DNA from: Opitutales bacterium
GTDB lineage: Bacteria > Verrucomicrobiota > Verrucomicrobiia > Opitutales > JABSRG01
DNA length: 37,654 nucleotides
Reading direction: 5' to 3'
NCBI GenBank assembly: GCA_049599475.1
Contig: JBMYOQ010000038.1
Coordinates: 1 to 37,654 of the forward strand
Part shown: positions 26,786 to 35,474 of the stretch, piece after piece
Numbering within the stretch: the first letter of the stretch is position 1
Layout of the letters: every line of letters starts with the position of its first letter
Notes under the pieces: generated by a model
What the model saw: the letters and a program-made list of their open reading frames with translations, nothing else
What the model was told of the DNA's origin: nothing
Databases searched by the model: none
Position numbers and translations under genes: made by a program

Positions 26786-26916
26786 CCGCCGCTCAAAAGT
26801 TTAAGGGTGCCCTTCTCACCGGACCTCAGAAGGTAAAACGTCTCGTAAATGGCGTCCAATCCACAGGTGTCTGCACATGTGATAGGGGCGACTGTACCCA
26901 ATTCAGCGGAAAACAA
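26779..26916 (+). ncRNA. Candidate structured RNA 1 (four-way junction inside an 11-bp stalk)
   Basis: TTGTTTTCCGC/GCGGAAAACAA stalk, GGGTGC/GTACCC stem, hairpins CCTTCT/AGAAGG and ACGTC/GGCGT, and a long third arm 26856-26886. Confidence 0.5.
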
Positions 26917-26983
26917 TGAATGTATTTACAATTCAGTTACGCAAAAATTTTCATATCGCTTTTAAGCCACCTAGTTTCTTTGC

Positions 26984-27087
26984 GGTCACGTACTTCGGAG
27001 TGCGATGTAATCGACGTTAGCAACAATCCGTTCTTCAGAAGTTACATATTCAATGAGGTTTCTAAGAACGCACCCGAACACGTGGCC
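26984..27087 (+). ncRNA. Candidate structured RNA 2
   Basis: GGTCACGT..TTCGG.GTG pairs with CAC.CCGAA.ACGTGGCC, enclosing the long hairpin 27029-27070. A T-rich tract follows. Confidence 0.45.
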
Positions 27088-27207
27088 ACTTATTTTTTAT
27101 CGGGGCACGCATATATAACGCAGCAAGCTCCAGCACATTTCGGATTTGGCATTCACCGCCATTCACCGACCCACCCAACCGACCATCATAACATCCACCG
27201 AAACACA

Positions 27208-28313
27208 ATGAACCTACTACTATTCAAGTATATACGTGTTCCATACGAACACCTGGGCTTGAAGTTCAAAGAAGGTCAATTCATCGGATTGATTCGTCCT
27301 GGGAGCACGTGGGTGTTCGATCCATTCAACAGGATCGTCATCAAGGTGCTCGCTCAGACCGTACCCAGGATTGACCTACACGAACCCAAGCTTAAACAGC
27401 TAAAAGACCACCCAGAAACCGCGACACTCGCAGAGTTTGTCGATCTTAAAGACAACGAACGCGGCCTGGTGTGGTACGACGATCGATTTCGAGGTATCTT
27501 GAGACCCGGCACTTATGGATATTGGACAAGCCGTTCCAAAATCTGCATCGAAACGATCCCAATCGAAACAATTCGATTCACTCACCCTGAGTTCGATACC
27601 ATTACGCGGCACCCGGATGCACAGCATGCTCTGGACGTGAAAAACGTCCCGCAAGGCCATGCAGGAGTTCTCTTCATAGATGAGCGCTACTCTGGCCAAC
27701 TCAATCCGGGGCGATACGCATTCTGGCGCGACTCAGGATCCGTAAAACTCCACATCTATGAACTCAGAGAAAATGTCTTGGAATACCAGGATCCAGAGAT
27801 CCCGACAAAGGATAGAGTCAACACCAGCATAAAAGCTGTAGTGACTTTTCAAATCGAAGATCCCTCAAAACTGGCAGAGACGACAACCGATTCAGAGCGC
27901 GTGCTTCGCCGCGAACTTCAGCGATCTCTTCAGTCAGCCGCTAGCTCAAAAACTCTCGATGAATTGCTTTTAGGTAGGTCCATCATTTCGACTCATGTCT
28001 TCAGCAAGATCAAAGAGAGCATTCAACACTACGGCATCCGGATCATAGATCTTAGAATCCAAGAAATTAAAATATCTGAAAAAGAAATGGGCCTCTTAAA
28101 CCAAACGAAGGGGCCTTCTGAAACCGCTCAGGCAGGCGGCTTCACGCGTCGGGAAGACACGGCAACTATGCAAAGTTAGCTCAAGCAGAGCAAACCTAGC
28201 GGAAACCGTGACTTCTGCGACTCCACGGACTCTAGTTCGTGGGAAAAACAAGCAAGGGCGCACATCTGCAAATCATCGTTGGTGATGGGCAGACACTCAC
28301 CATGCGCCGTTAA
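27208..28313 (+). pseudogene. Slipin (SPFH/band-7) family gene with degenerate C-terminus
   Basis: Repeated 'GL.F..G.F...L.PG.Y..W' slipin N-terminal units and an SPFH core ending RREDTATMQS*(28179). An out-of-frame remnant P*LLRLHGL*FVGK..LQIIVGDG continues to 28313. Confidence 0.7.
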
Positions 28314-28329
28314 AAACTCAACTAAACCG

Positions 28330-28365
28330 AATGCTTCGGAGACCAACGACTCCGGAGCATTTTCT
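28330..28365 (+). terminator. Hairpin (possible terminator or RNA-stability element) between slipin and the next gene
   Basis: AATGCTTCGGAG/CTCCGGAGCATT 12-bp stem (one G-U), followed by TTCT. Confidence 0.45.
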
Positions 28366-28393
28366 ATCATCCCGGCCCGGAGGGCATCCGTAT

Positions 28394-29392
28394 ATGAATA
28401 TCGAAGATATTAATTTTATTCGCGGCTGCCTTCCTCGCGGCCGCACAAAATTCTTAACCTTCAAAGACCAATATGCACCAACGCTCTTGTCATGGAAAAT
28501 CGGAGATAATCGCATCCCTGTTTCACAGCTCAAGTCACACCCAGCATTTACCCATTTATCCAAAAAGCCAATCGTCCAAGACCTCATCAAGATCAATGGC
28601 GGTCGCGATGTATCCAGCGAAACACTCAATGTTTGGCCAAACTTCAAGACCGTTCACGCATTTCGGCTAACCCTGGATCAATGGGGCGATAGTCTTTCAG
28701 CAAATAATTACTGGAACCAGACTTCTCGCCGCGGGCACAATCTAGTGCTTCAGCTAAACTTCCCCAAGAGCCACGGTTCCGAATACCGCAAGCTCGGCAA
28801 TGACGACTCGGACCCCTGCGGCTTCATCTACGATAGTCACCCAGTTAAAACTGAAAGTGAATACACGATGGCATGGTCGCGGATCGACCTGGACCTCGAT
28901 GCGGGCGTCGCCCTTATCGAAGAAATTCAAAACGATTGGTTACGCGAAGCGAAATGGTTGTATCAGAATCTCAAAAACAGAATCGAAGCGAAAAAGATAA
29001 CGCCCTGGAATGACTGGGGTGACACTTATGTGCGTAATATCCTTGCATATTACGAGACTCATATCGCGCCACTCGAATCTATTTGGGATGAAGCTACACT
29101 GCTCGCAGCGCTTCACCTCATCCGCAATGAGCTAGGAATACACCGCGTATATTACCACACTTGGGAGACAGGAAACTGGTTCAAACGCATCGGAAACACC
29201 TACACACCTCCCAAGTCGATATACACGGCACTTCCACGTAAGTTCGGATTCAAGAAGGCGAGTACCGGCCCCGGATTCATACTCCGGGATAAAACAAATC
29301 GTCGCAGGCTGAAGGCCTTCTACCAGGGACGCCAAAAGCACTCCTGGTGGTATTACGACCTATCTCCAGTCGACGAACTTCAAAGCAATTAA
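28394..29392 (+). CDS. Conserved-looking hypothetical protein (QTSR.G.NLVLQLNF / AWSRIDLD / IEEIQNDW motifs)
   Basis: Intact ~332-aa ORF (ATG 28394; the track start 28331 lies in the hairpin). Motif-dense, but function not assignable. Confidence 0.75.
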   Translation: MNIEDINFIRGCLPRGRTKFLTFKDQYAPTLLSWKIGDNRIPVSQLKSHPAFTHLSKKPIVQDLIKINGGRDVSSETLNVWPNFKTVHAFRLTLDQWGDSLSANNYWNQTSRRGHNLVLQLNFPKSHGSEYRKLGNDDSDPCGFIYDSHPVKTESEYTMAWSRIDLDLDAGVALIEEIQNDWLREAKWLYQNLKNRIEAKKITPWNDWGDTYVRNILAYYETHIAPLESIWDEATLLAALHLIRNELGIHRVYYHTWETGNWFKRIGNTYTPPKSIYTALPRKFGFKKASTGPGFILRDKTNRRRLKAFYQGRQKHSWWYYDLSPVDELQSN

Positions 29393-29447
29393 CCTTCAAC
29401 GCAGAAATACGCCCTATTCGGCGCCGACACAATGTTCGGTAATATTC

Positions 29448-29480
29448 AGAGCGCGGCATGCATGAGTCATGTCGCGCTCC
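29448..29480. terminator. Hairpin between convergent genes
   Basis: GAGCGCGGCATG/CATGTCGCGCTC stem. Confidence 0.45.
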
Positions 29481-29485
29481 ATTTC

Positions 29486-29935
29486 TCAATAATCAGGAAT
29501 AAGGCCCTCAATATGATCGAGCGGCCCATCTCCAGCTTTCCGACCAAATCGCGATAACAGCCAAGCCAAGACCTGAACCCACCGCGGCAAGCCTGACTTC
29601 GAAATATCCACCGTATTCGACACGAGCACAGCATTCGTCCCGATTGGCTCGATCTCCAAGATTTCCTCAGCCTCACTCGGCTTTCCATTCACCTCACCCG
29701 AATATCGGAATCGGATCAGGGCATTAGGTTTATACTGCACAATCTCTCCGCGCATATCCGTTTTTTCACGGCTCATCTGATAGGATACTTGAAAAACAGC
29801 ACCTTCTTTAATCTCCGGCGGACTTTCGCTGAAAACGCACTTATGATTCCACGCAGGCATATTCCCCGGATCATGAATGATCTCCCAAACCATCTCCGGC
29901 GTCGCCTTGATTTCCTTTTTCTCGACGAGCTTCAT
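29486..29935 (-). CDS. SRPBCC/START-family protein
   Basis: IKATPEMVWEIIHDPGNMPAWN signature and ~150-aa length. Confidence 0.85.
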   Translation of the reverse strand: MKLVEKKEIKATPEMVWEIIHDPGNMPAWNHKCVFSESPPEIKEGAVFQVSYQMSREKTDMRGEIVQYKPNALIRFRYSGEVNGKPSEAEEILEIEPIGTNAVLVSNTVDISKSGLPRWVQVLAWLLSRFGRKAGDGPLDHIEGLIPDY

Positions 29936-30031
29936 TCCTAGAGAATAAACGTCATATCTCACCAGAAGCTAACTTCCCAGAGCGATCCTACCGACTAAAT
30001 TACTAAAATTCTCAATCGCAATAGGCACAAA

Positions 30032-31279
30032 TCACTCAGAACCCTGGCGGATTGTCGAGAACCCCACACGCGCTAGCTCCAGCGCCTCGTCAATCACTGC
30101 ATCCGTATGCGACCAGCTCATAAAGCCATTGTGATGTGGATGGATAAACAAGCCCGCAGCGATCATAGCCTTTGCCCATTCTTGAGTTTTTATAAAATCC
30201 GGATCCCGATCAACACAGATATAGGGCGCGGCATTGGGCCCACTCGCTTTCAGCGGCACACCCCACTCATTTCCAAGCGCCAATAGTTTCTGGATCCAAC
30301 GCGCACCCGCTTGATCCAAGAAGTCAGGCACATTTTCCCGCTCCAAAATCTCAATACACTTCAGTGCCGCCGCCATAGCCACAGCATCATTCCCATAACT
30401 CCCCGTGAGGAAGACTTTCGACGCGGCGATTTTATATGCGTCCTTCCCCACACAAGCGGAAATCGGATAACCGTTCGCCATCGCCTTACAATAGCAGGCT
30501 ATGTCTGGCTTTATCCCATATACGGAATGCGACCCGTTCACACTCAGGCGGAAGCCCGACCGGATATCATCCAGAATTAAAATGACTCCGTGACGATCAC
30601 ATAAATCCCGAACCGCTGCAAAGAATTCTGGAGAGCCCATTTCTTGATCAGCAAAAACCGGATGGTGATAGGGCGTCAAGACGACCGCTGCAAGTTCATC
30701 GCCCTTGGCATCAAACAACGCTTTAACCCCCTCTAGATCATTCCAAGAAAAGGTGTCTATCAGCTCACGGTCTTCAGGAATCACACCTCCATATCCCGGG
30801 CTACACCAAGCATCCACGCCGTGATAGGCTCCCGCTACTTTAGCTATCCGCTTCCTCTTCGTCTGCTCGCGGGCAACTTGTATCGCCCAAGTCGTGACGT
30901 CTGATCCGTTCTTAGCAAAGACAGCCCAATCCGCGAAATCGATCAACGAGCACAACTTCTCCGCCAGCTCCACCATACGCTCGGTCGGGTGGTTAAATAC
31001 AGTTCCTTTCGCACGCTGTTCAGCAACGGCCGCCTCGAGCTCCTCATTCTGGTAACCCAAAACAATCGGACCATAGCCACAGACGAAGTCGATATAGCGG
31101 TTGCCATCAACATCCCAGTAGCAGGCTCCCTCCGCGCGCTCCGCATAATACGGTGACGCCTTGGGCAAAACCGCCGCAGGGCTGACATGACCATAAATAC
31201 CGCCAGGAATGACCTTCCCAGCTCGCGCGAACAAGTCGCCGGAGCGTGCAAAAAGATCCTTAGACGATTCTTTAGACAC
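30032..31279 (-). CDS. Class III PLP aminotransferase (glutamate-1-semialdehyde aminomutase-like)
   Basis: IPGG, AEGA..WDVDGNRYIDF..GYGP..LG, KNGSD, YHG, DDIRSGFR, CKAMANGYPISA. Confidence 0.88.
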   Translation of the reverse strand: MSKESSKDLFARSGDLFARAGKVIPGGIYGHVSPAAVLPKASPYYAERAEGACYWDVDGNRYIDFVCGYGPIVLGYQNEELEAAVAEQRAKGTVFNHPTERMVELAEKLCSLIDFADWAVFAKNGSDVTTWAIQVAREQTKRKRIAKVAGAYHGVDAWCSPGYGGVIPEDRELIDTFSWNDLEGVKALFDAKGDELAAVVLTPYHHPVFADQEMGSPEFFAAVRDLCDRHGVILILDDIRSGFRLSVNGSHSVYGIKPDIACYCKAMANGYPISACVGKDAYKIAASKVFLTGSYGNDAVAMAAALKCIEILERENVPDFLDQAGARWIQKLLALGNEWGVPLKASGPNAAPYICVDRDPDFIKTQEWAKAMIAAGLFIHPHHNGFMSWSHTDAVIDEALELARVGFSTIRQGSE

Positions 31280-31292
31280 GCTCCAATGAGAA

Positions 31293-32159
31293 TTAAAGCA
31301 TTGTCCCGCGCTTGCTTACCAACTCGCGGAAACGCTCGAGGAACTTGAGAGTCAGCGCACCCGGTTTGCTATCGCCGATGGGACGTCCATCAATCGAAAT
31401 AACCGGGACGATCTCGGCAGCGGTTCCGGTCAAGAAACACTCATCTGCGCACCAGGCATCATAGCGGGTAAGGTTGCCCTCAACAATTTCGATGCTCAGT
31501 TCGCGAGCAATCTCCAATGCAAAGTCACGGGTAATGCCTTTCAGGGCACCCGCAGATGTGGAAGGCGTGAAGAGTTTACCCTTGTGAATGATGAAGAAAT
31601 TATCCCCAGTGCACTCCGCAATATAGCCCTGATCATTCAGCATAAGCGCCTCATGATAGCCGAGCTGCTGACACTCAATCTTGGCCAGAACGTTGTTTAG
31701 GTAATTCAGAGACTTGATCATCGGAGGCAATGCCGCCGAATTGATGCGCCGCGTCGGCACCGTAATGATCTCCAAACCCTTCTCGTAAAATTCCTTCGGG
31801 TAGAGCTGAATATTGTCCGCGATCACAACCAGATTAGGCTCCGGGCATGACTTTATCGAAAGCCCCAGACTGCCCACACCGCGGGTTGCGATAAGGCGGA
31901 TATACCCGTCCGTGATCCCATTTGCGCGGCACGTATCACACACAGCATCTGCAATCTCCTGGCGACTCCAGGGCATATCCAGCAGGATAGCCTTCGCAGA
32001 ATACTCAAAGCGCTCCAAGTGCTCATCCAACAAAAACACACAACCTTGATACACACGGATGCCTTCGAAAATGCCGTCTCCATAAAGGAGGCCATGATCG
32101 AAGACCGAAATTTTCGCATCTTCTTGGTCGACGAGTTGGTTGTTGAGATAGACTTTCAT
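31293..32159 (-). CDS. ilvE: Branched-chain amino acid aminotransferase
   Basis: ISVFDHGLLYGDGIFEGIR, YIRLI.TRG, KSLNYLNN, ECTGDNFF, LKGITR, ADECFLTGTAAE. Start at ATG 32159. Confidence 0.95.
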   Translation of the reverse strand: MKVYLNNQLVDQEDAKISVFDHGLLYGDGIFEGIRVYQGCVFLLDEHLERFEYSAKAILLDMPWSRQEIADAVCDTCRANGITDGYIRLIATRGVGSLGLSIKSCPEPNLVVIADNIQLYPKEFYEKGLEIITVPTRRINSAALPPMIKSLNYLNNVLAKIECQQLGYHEALMLNDQGYIAECTGDNFFIIHKGKLFTPSTSAGALKGITRDFALEIARELSIEIVEGNLTRYDAWCADECFLTGTAAEIVPVISIDGRPIGDSKPGALTLKFLERFRELVSKRGTML

Positions 32160-32235
32160 GATTATAAGCCAGACAACAAAATCCAGAATGCCCGCCTGAG
32201 CAATTCCAAAAGAACTGCATCCCTCGAAGAACTCT

Positions 32236-33267
32236 ATGAGCACACCCGTCGATCTCCACCAGTGGTCCCGCGATCTAATTGCCCTCGGCCTGAGCGTTCG
32301 CTCTGCTCTGCGCGATAATGCGAACACAGCAATCGAAGCGCGGGCAGAAGTCGCGAAGACCGAGGACTCAGACTTCATTTACCAAATCGACCTCGAAAGC
32401 GAAGAAGTGATTCTGAGATGGTTCGAGGAAAACTGGAAAGACCGCCCCCCAGTCCAACTTGTCATGGAAGGTATAGAATCCATGGGCGACGTCATATTCC
32501 CAAAATCAGCCCAAGCCCCCGAATGGATCTGCATCATCGATCCTATCGACGGAACCCGCGGCTTGATGTACGATAAGCGCTCTGCGTGGTTCATCGCGGG
32601 CATGGCCCCCATCAAATCCAACGGAAACCTTCCTACCCTAGCCGATCTTAAGCTCTCGGTAATCGTCGAACTACCCACATCCAAGGCGGGCTATGCAGAC
32701 CACTTGGCTGCCGTAAAGGGATGCGGGCCCAAGGGCGTAATCTGCGAACGCATCCAACTCTTCGATAAGTCGATCTCCCCCTTGGCGCCTCGCCCCTATT
32801 CCGGCACAGAACTTCTCCACGGATTTGCTTCATTCTGCAAATTTTTCCCAGAAGGCAAAACGCTCACTGCCGAAGCCGAAACCGCCTTTTTTCAATCACT
32901 CGATTCAACGGTATCCGCAGGAGCTCCCCTCATTTTCGACGATCAATACATCAGCACCGCCGGGCAATTTTACGAGATTCTCATGGGCCACGATCGCATG
33001 ATCGCCGACCTACGCCCCGAAGTATTCAACAAGCTCGGCCTCGAAGCCATCCTCTGCTGCCACCCCTACGATATCGCCGGCTGGCTCATTCCGCACGAGG
33101 CCGGCTGCATCATCGAAACCCCCGATGGCAAAACCCTCAACGCCCCCCTCGATACCACCAGCCCCATCTCCTGGATAGCCTACGCGAATCGCGATATGGC
33201 CGCAGCATTCCGCCCCAAGTTGAACTCAGTAAGAAATCAATTGCTGGGATCCACAAATGAGCCCTGA
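32236..33267 (+). CDS. Inositol monophosphatase (FIG) family protein
   Basis: YQID..SE, MEG, IIDPIDGTRG, HPYDIAG...HEAG. Confidence 0.82.
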   Translation: MSTPVDLHQWSRDLIALGLSVRSALRDNANTAIEARAEVAKTEDSDFIYQIDLESEEVILRWFEENWKDRPPVQLVMEGIESMGDVIFPKSAQAPEWICIIDPIDGTRGLMYDKRSAWFIAGMAPIKSNGNLPTLADLKLSVIVELPTSKAGYADHLAAVKGCGPKGVICERIQLFDKSISPLAPRPYSGTELLHGFASFCKFFPEGKTLTAEAETAFFQSLDSTVSAGAPLIFDDQYISTAGQFYEILMGHDRMIADLRPEVFNKLGLEAILCCHPYDIAGWLIPHEAGCIIETPDGKTLNAPLDTTSPISWIAYANRDMAAAFRPKLNSVRNQLLGSTNEP

Positions 33268-33397
33268 TATCCAATCAACCCCCCAAGGCAATCAGACCCC
33301 GGCTTATGAGCATTCCGAAGGTGCATCCGACACCCTATTGGTTTTTCGTATTCATCGATGCTCGTTCATGGTGTCCAACCTGCTTGAGGAGAAGACA

Positions 33398-33871
33398 ATG
33401 AATTTTGATTCACAGAAAATCCATGCACTCCTCCTTGCCGCTCATGAGGTGGCCCTCGAAGCTGTTGATCGGGGCCTGCATCCTTTTGGAGCAGTCTTGG
33501 CGGGGCCCGACGGCGAGATCCTTATGAGACAGGGCAATGAAGGCACGGTGCGACACGCCGAGACTGAGCTCGCACGAAAGGCGGCTGAAACCTATGATTC
33601 TGATTTTCTTTGGAAATGCGCGCTCGTGACCACCTTCGAGCCCTGCGCGATGTGCGCGGGCACCACCTATTGGGCCAATATAGGCACCTTGATTTACGGT
33701 GTAGAGGAAACGACTCTTCTTAAGCTAACGGGCAATCACGACGCCAACCCAACCTTAGCACTTCCATGTCGTCACGTGTTTGAGGCGGGGCAGAAAAAAG
33801 TGCAGGTATATGGCCCGTATCCAGAACTCGAGGACACCTTAGTAGCTCCTCACGTGGAACACTGGAAATAA
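33398..33871 (+). CDS. Zinc-dependent nucleoside/nucleobase deaminase
   Basis: PFGAVL, HAE, EPCAMC. GAGGAG RBS precedes ATG 33398. Confidence 0.9.
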   Translation: MNFDSQKIHALLLAAHEVALEAVDRGLHPFGAVLAGPDGEILMRQGNEGTVRHAETELARKAAETYDSDFLWKCALVTTFEPCAMCAGTTYWANIGTLIYGVEETTLLKLTGNHDANPTLALPCRHVFEAGQKKVQVYGPYPELEDTLVAPHVEHWK

Positions 33872-33877
33872 GGTGAA

Positions 33878-34669
33878 CTAGAGCCCGTACTTGAACTCGA
33901 GCTCAGCTATGCGCTCGCGGACCAGACCTATATACGCCTCCGGATCATCCGCAGACAATTGCCATAAATCGACTCGCAAGATCTCTAATGCCTCCTCGGG
34001 ACGTCCAACCGTCTCTAATACTCGAGCGAGCAGTCTTCCAATATAGGGAGGGGAATTGGGCATCTCCCAGGCCTTCCTGAAATACTCGATGGTTTTCTCA
34101 TAATCTTTTGTCGCGTTGAGATAGACCTTGCCTGTCTCAATAGGAAACATCGGATTTTCTGGATACAATCGAGCGCCCTGTTCAAGGAGGTCGACAGCTT
34201 TTTGCATCTGCTCCCGGCGGATACGCTCCTGCACACTTTGCGGCACAACACTTTCGCCGCCGCCTTCTCGTATTCGCCAGACAGGCATATCAAAACCGAT
34301 CGTATGCGCCCCGGCCTTCCAAAACACCTCTGGACGCGAATCTATCAACAACGTTAAGCGGATCAGGGCCTCAGTCTCTGCCAAATTGCGATCCTCCCAA
34401 GCTTCATTCATACGGAGCCAGCTGATATCGGCTGCTATCGTTCGAAACCCTCCAAGGATGCCAAAAATCAATCCCGAACCCACTCGATTCCCGAGAAGAT
34501 CAGTATCGATCTTGGGGACACTCGCTAGGCTGCCTGTCACTAATTGATCCCGAGGGGCCAAATTTTGCGATAAACCAGAGGCCAAAAACACGACCAGCGC
34601 GCATCCCAAACCCGACAGGATTCGGCGAGCAATCCCGCTCATAGACTCTTGCGCTGAAACCTTTCGCAT
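33878..34669 (-). CDS. TPR-containing membrane-anchored protein associated with ABC transporter
   Basis: N-terminal TM helix, LGGFRTIAADISWLR, helical TPR-like repeats. Co-directional with the ABC genes. Confidence 0.7.
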   Translation of the reverse strand: MRKVSAQESMSGIARRILSGLGCALVVFLASGLSQNLAPRDQLVTGSLASVPKIDTDLLGNRVGSGLIFGILGGFRTIAADISWLRMNEAWEDRNLAETEALIRLTLLIDSRPEVFWKAGAHTIGFDMPVWRIREGGGESVVPQSVQERIRREQMQKAVDLLEQGARLYPENPMFPIETGKVYLNATKDYEKTIEYFRKAWEMPNSPPYIGRLLARVLETVGRPEEALEILRVDLWQLSADDPEAYIGLVRERIAELEFKYGL

Positions 34670-34673
34670 CGTT

Positions 34674-35474
34674 CTAAAATTCCCGACGATTGAAAGACCA
34701 GACCGCGACTAGCAAATATATCGAGGAGAATGCTATCGCGTACCCACCGAGTCCTGACAATACTTGGTAGCGCAACAAGCCCTCTTCTCTGAAAACAAGC
34801 TGATCGCCGACATTGAACAACTCAAAATTGGGCACCGCATACGTGAGCATCCAAGCCGCAATCTGCGCTCCCCCAGCTCCCGCGTCAGACCACGCATCCG
34901 TAGCAATGTATTGAATTTGGAAGACAATCCACAAAAACAAAACAATCACTACCGTAAGCAACTGACTCCGCGCATAGGATCCAATAAACATTACGAGCGC
35001 GATCAAGATCATCGATCGCATACACTGCAGAAGCGCAAACACCAGAACATCCGTTCCAATCCAACTTCCAGAAGGCAGTCCCAGCTGAGAGGAGCGATAG
35101 GATACGACCGCCAGGAGCGTAAGACCCGTGAGCGCCAGAAAGGAAGATACAACGACCATCGCTCCCAGCGCTTTTCCAAAAATAAAAGAGGCCCGCGAAA
35201 TCGGTCGCGCCAGCAGCGTATGCACCGTACGCTGATCCAGCTCCGAGAAATAAAGCTGAGCCGTGGCGAAAATGCTCAAAATCGCGCCAAAGAAAGTCAT
35301 CGCACCAAAGCCAAAATCGACGACAAATTTCAATTCGCTATCCCCAAAATTAAACTGCTGAAAAAAGAGGCTGCCGGAGACGATTGCCACGCTGCAAAAG
35401 GAAAGGGCTAAGACCAACTTCTGACGAATAGCCTCCCGAACCGTATTCAATGCGATAATACCGACTGCGTTCAT
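34674..35474 (-). CDS. ABC-2 type transporter permease
   Basis: IALNTVREAIR, ELDQRT..TLLARPISR..FIFGK, ~6 TM helices, FNRREF end. Confidence 0.88.
   Translation of the reverse strand: MNAVGIIALNTVREAIRQKLVLALSFCSVAIVSGSLFFQQFNFGDSELKFVVDFGFGAMTFFGAILSIFATAQLYFSELDQRTVHTLLARPISRASFIFGKALGAMVVVSSFLALTGLTLLAVVSYRSSQLGLPSGSWIGTDVLVFALLQCMRSMILIALVMFIGSYARSQLLTVVIVLFLWIVFQIQYIATDAWSDAGAGGAQIAAWMLTYAVPNFELFNVGDQLVFREEGLLRYQVLSGLGGYAIAFSSIYLLVAVWSFNRREF

Noticed and set aside
26740..26900. Self-cleaving ribozyme (twister-like CCAAGCCCGG; HDV-like GGCGAC)
   Set aside because: The required pseudoknot pairings and conserved flanking residues were not found by eye.
26920..27207. 96-codon N-terminal extension of the slipin ORF in the ORF track
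   Set aside because: It is not slipin-like and overlaps a strongly base-paired element. Slipin similarity begins at ATG 27208.
28177..28250. tRNA D-arm-like TAGCTCAAGCAGAGCA
   Set aside because: No acceptor stem or T-arm can be formed. The region is explained by the decayed slipin tail.
32160..32378. N-terminal extension of ilvE
   Set aside because: It overlaps the opposite-strand IMPase gene. IlvE homology starts at MKVYLN.
34764..35411. 215-aa Arg/Gln/Lys-rich plus-strand ORF
   Set aside because: Antisense shadow of the hydrophobic ABC permease. The same applies to the other short ORFs nested in recognised genes.
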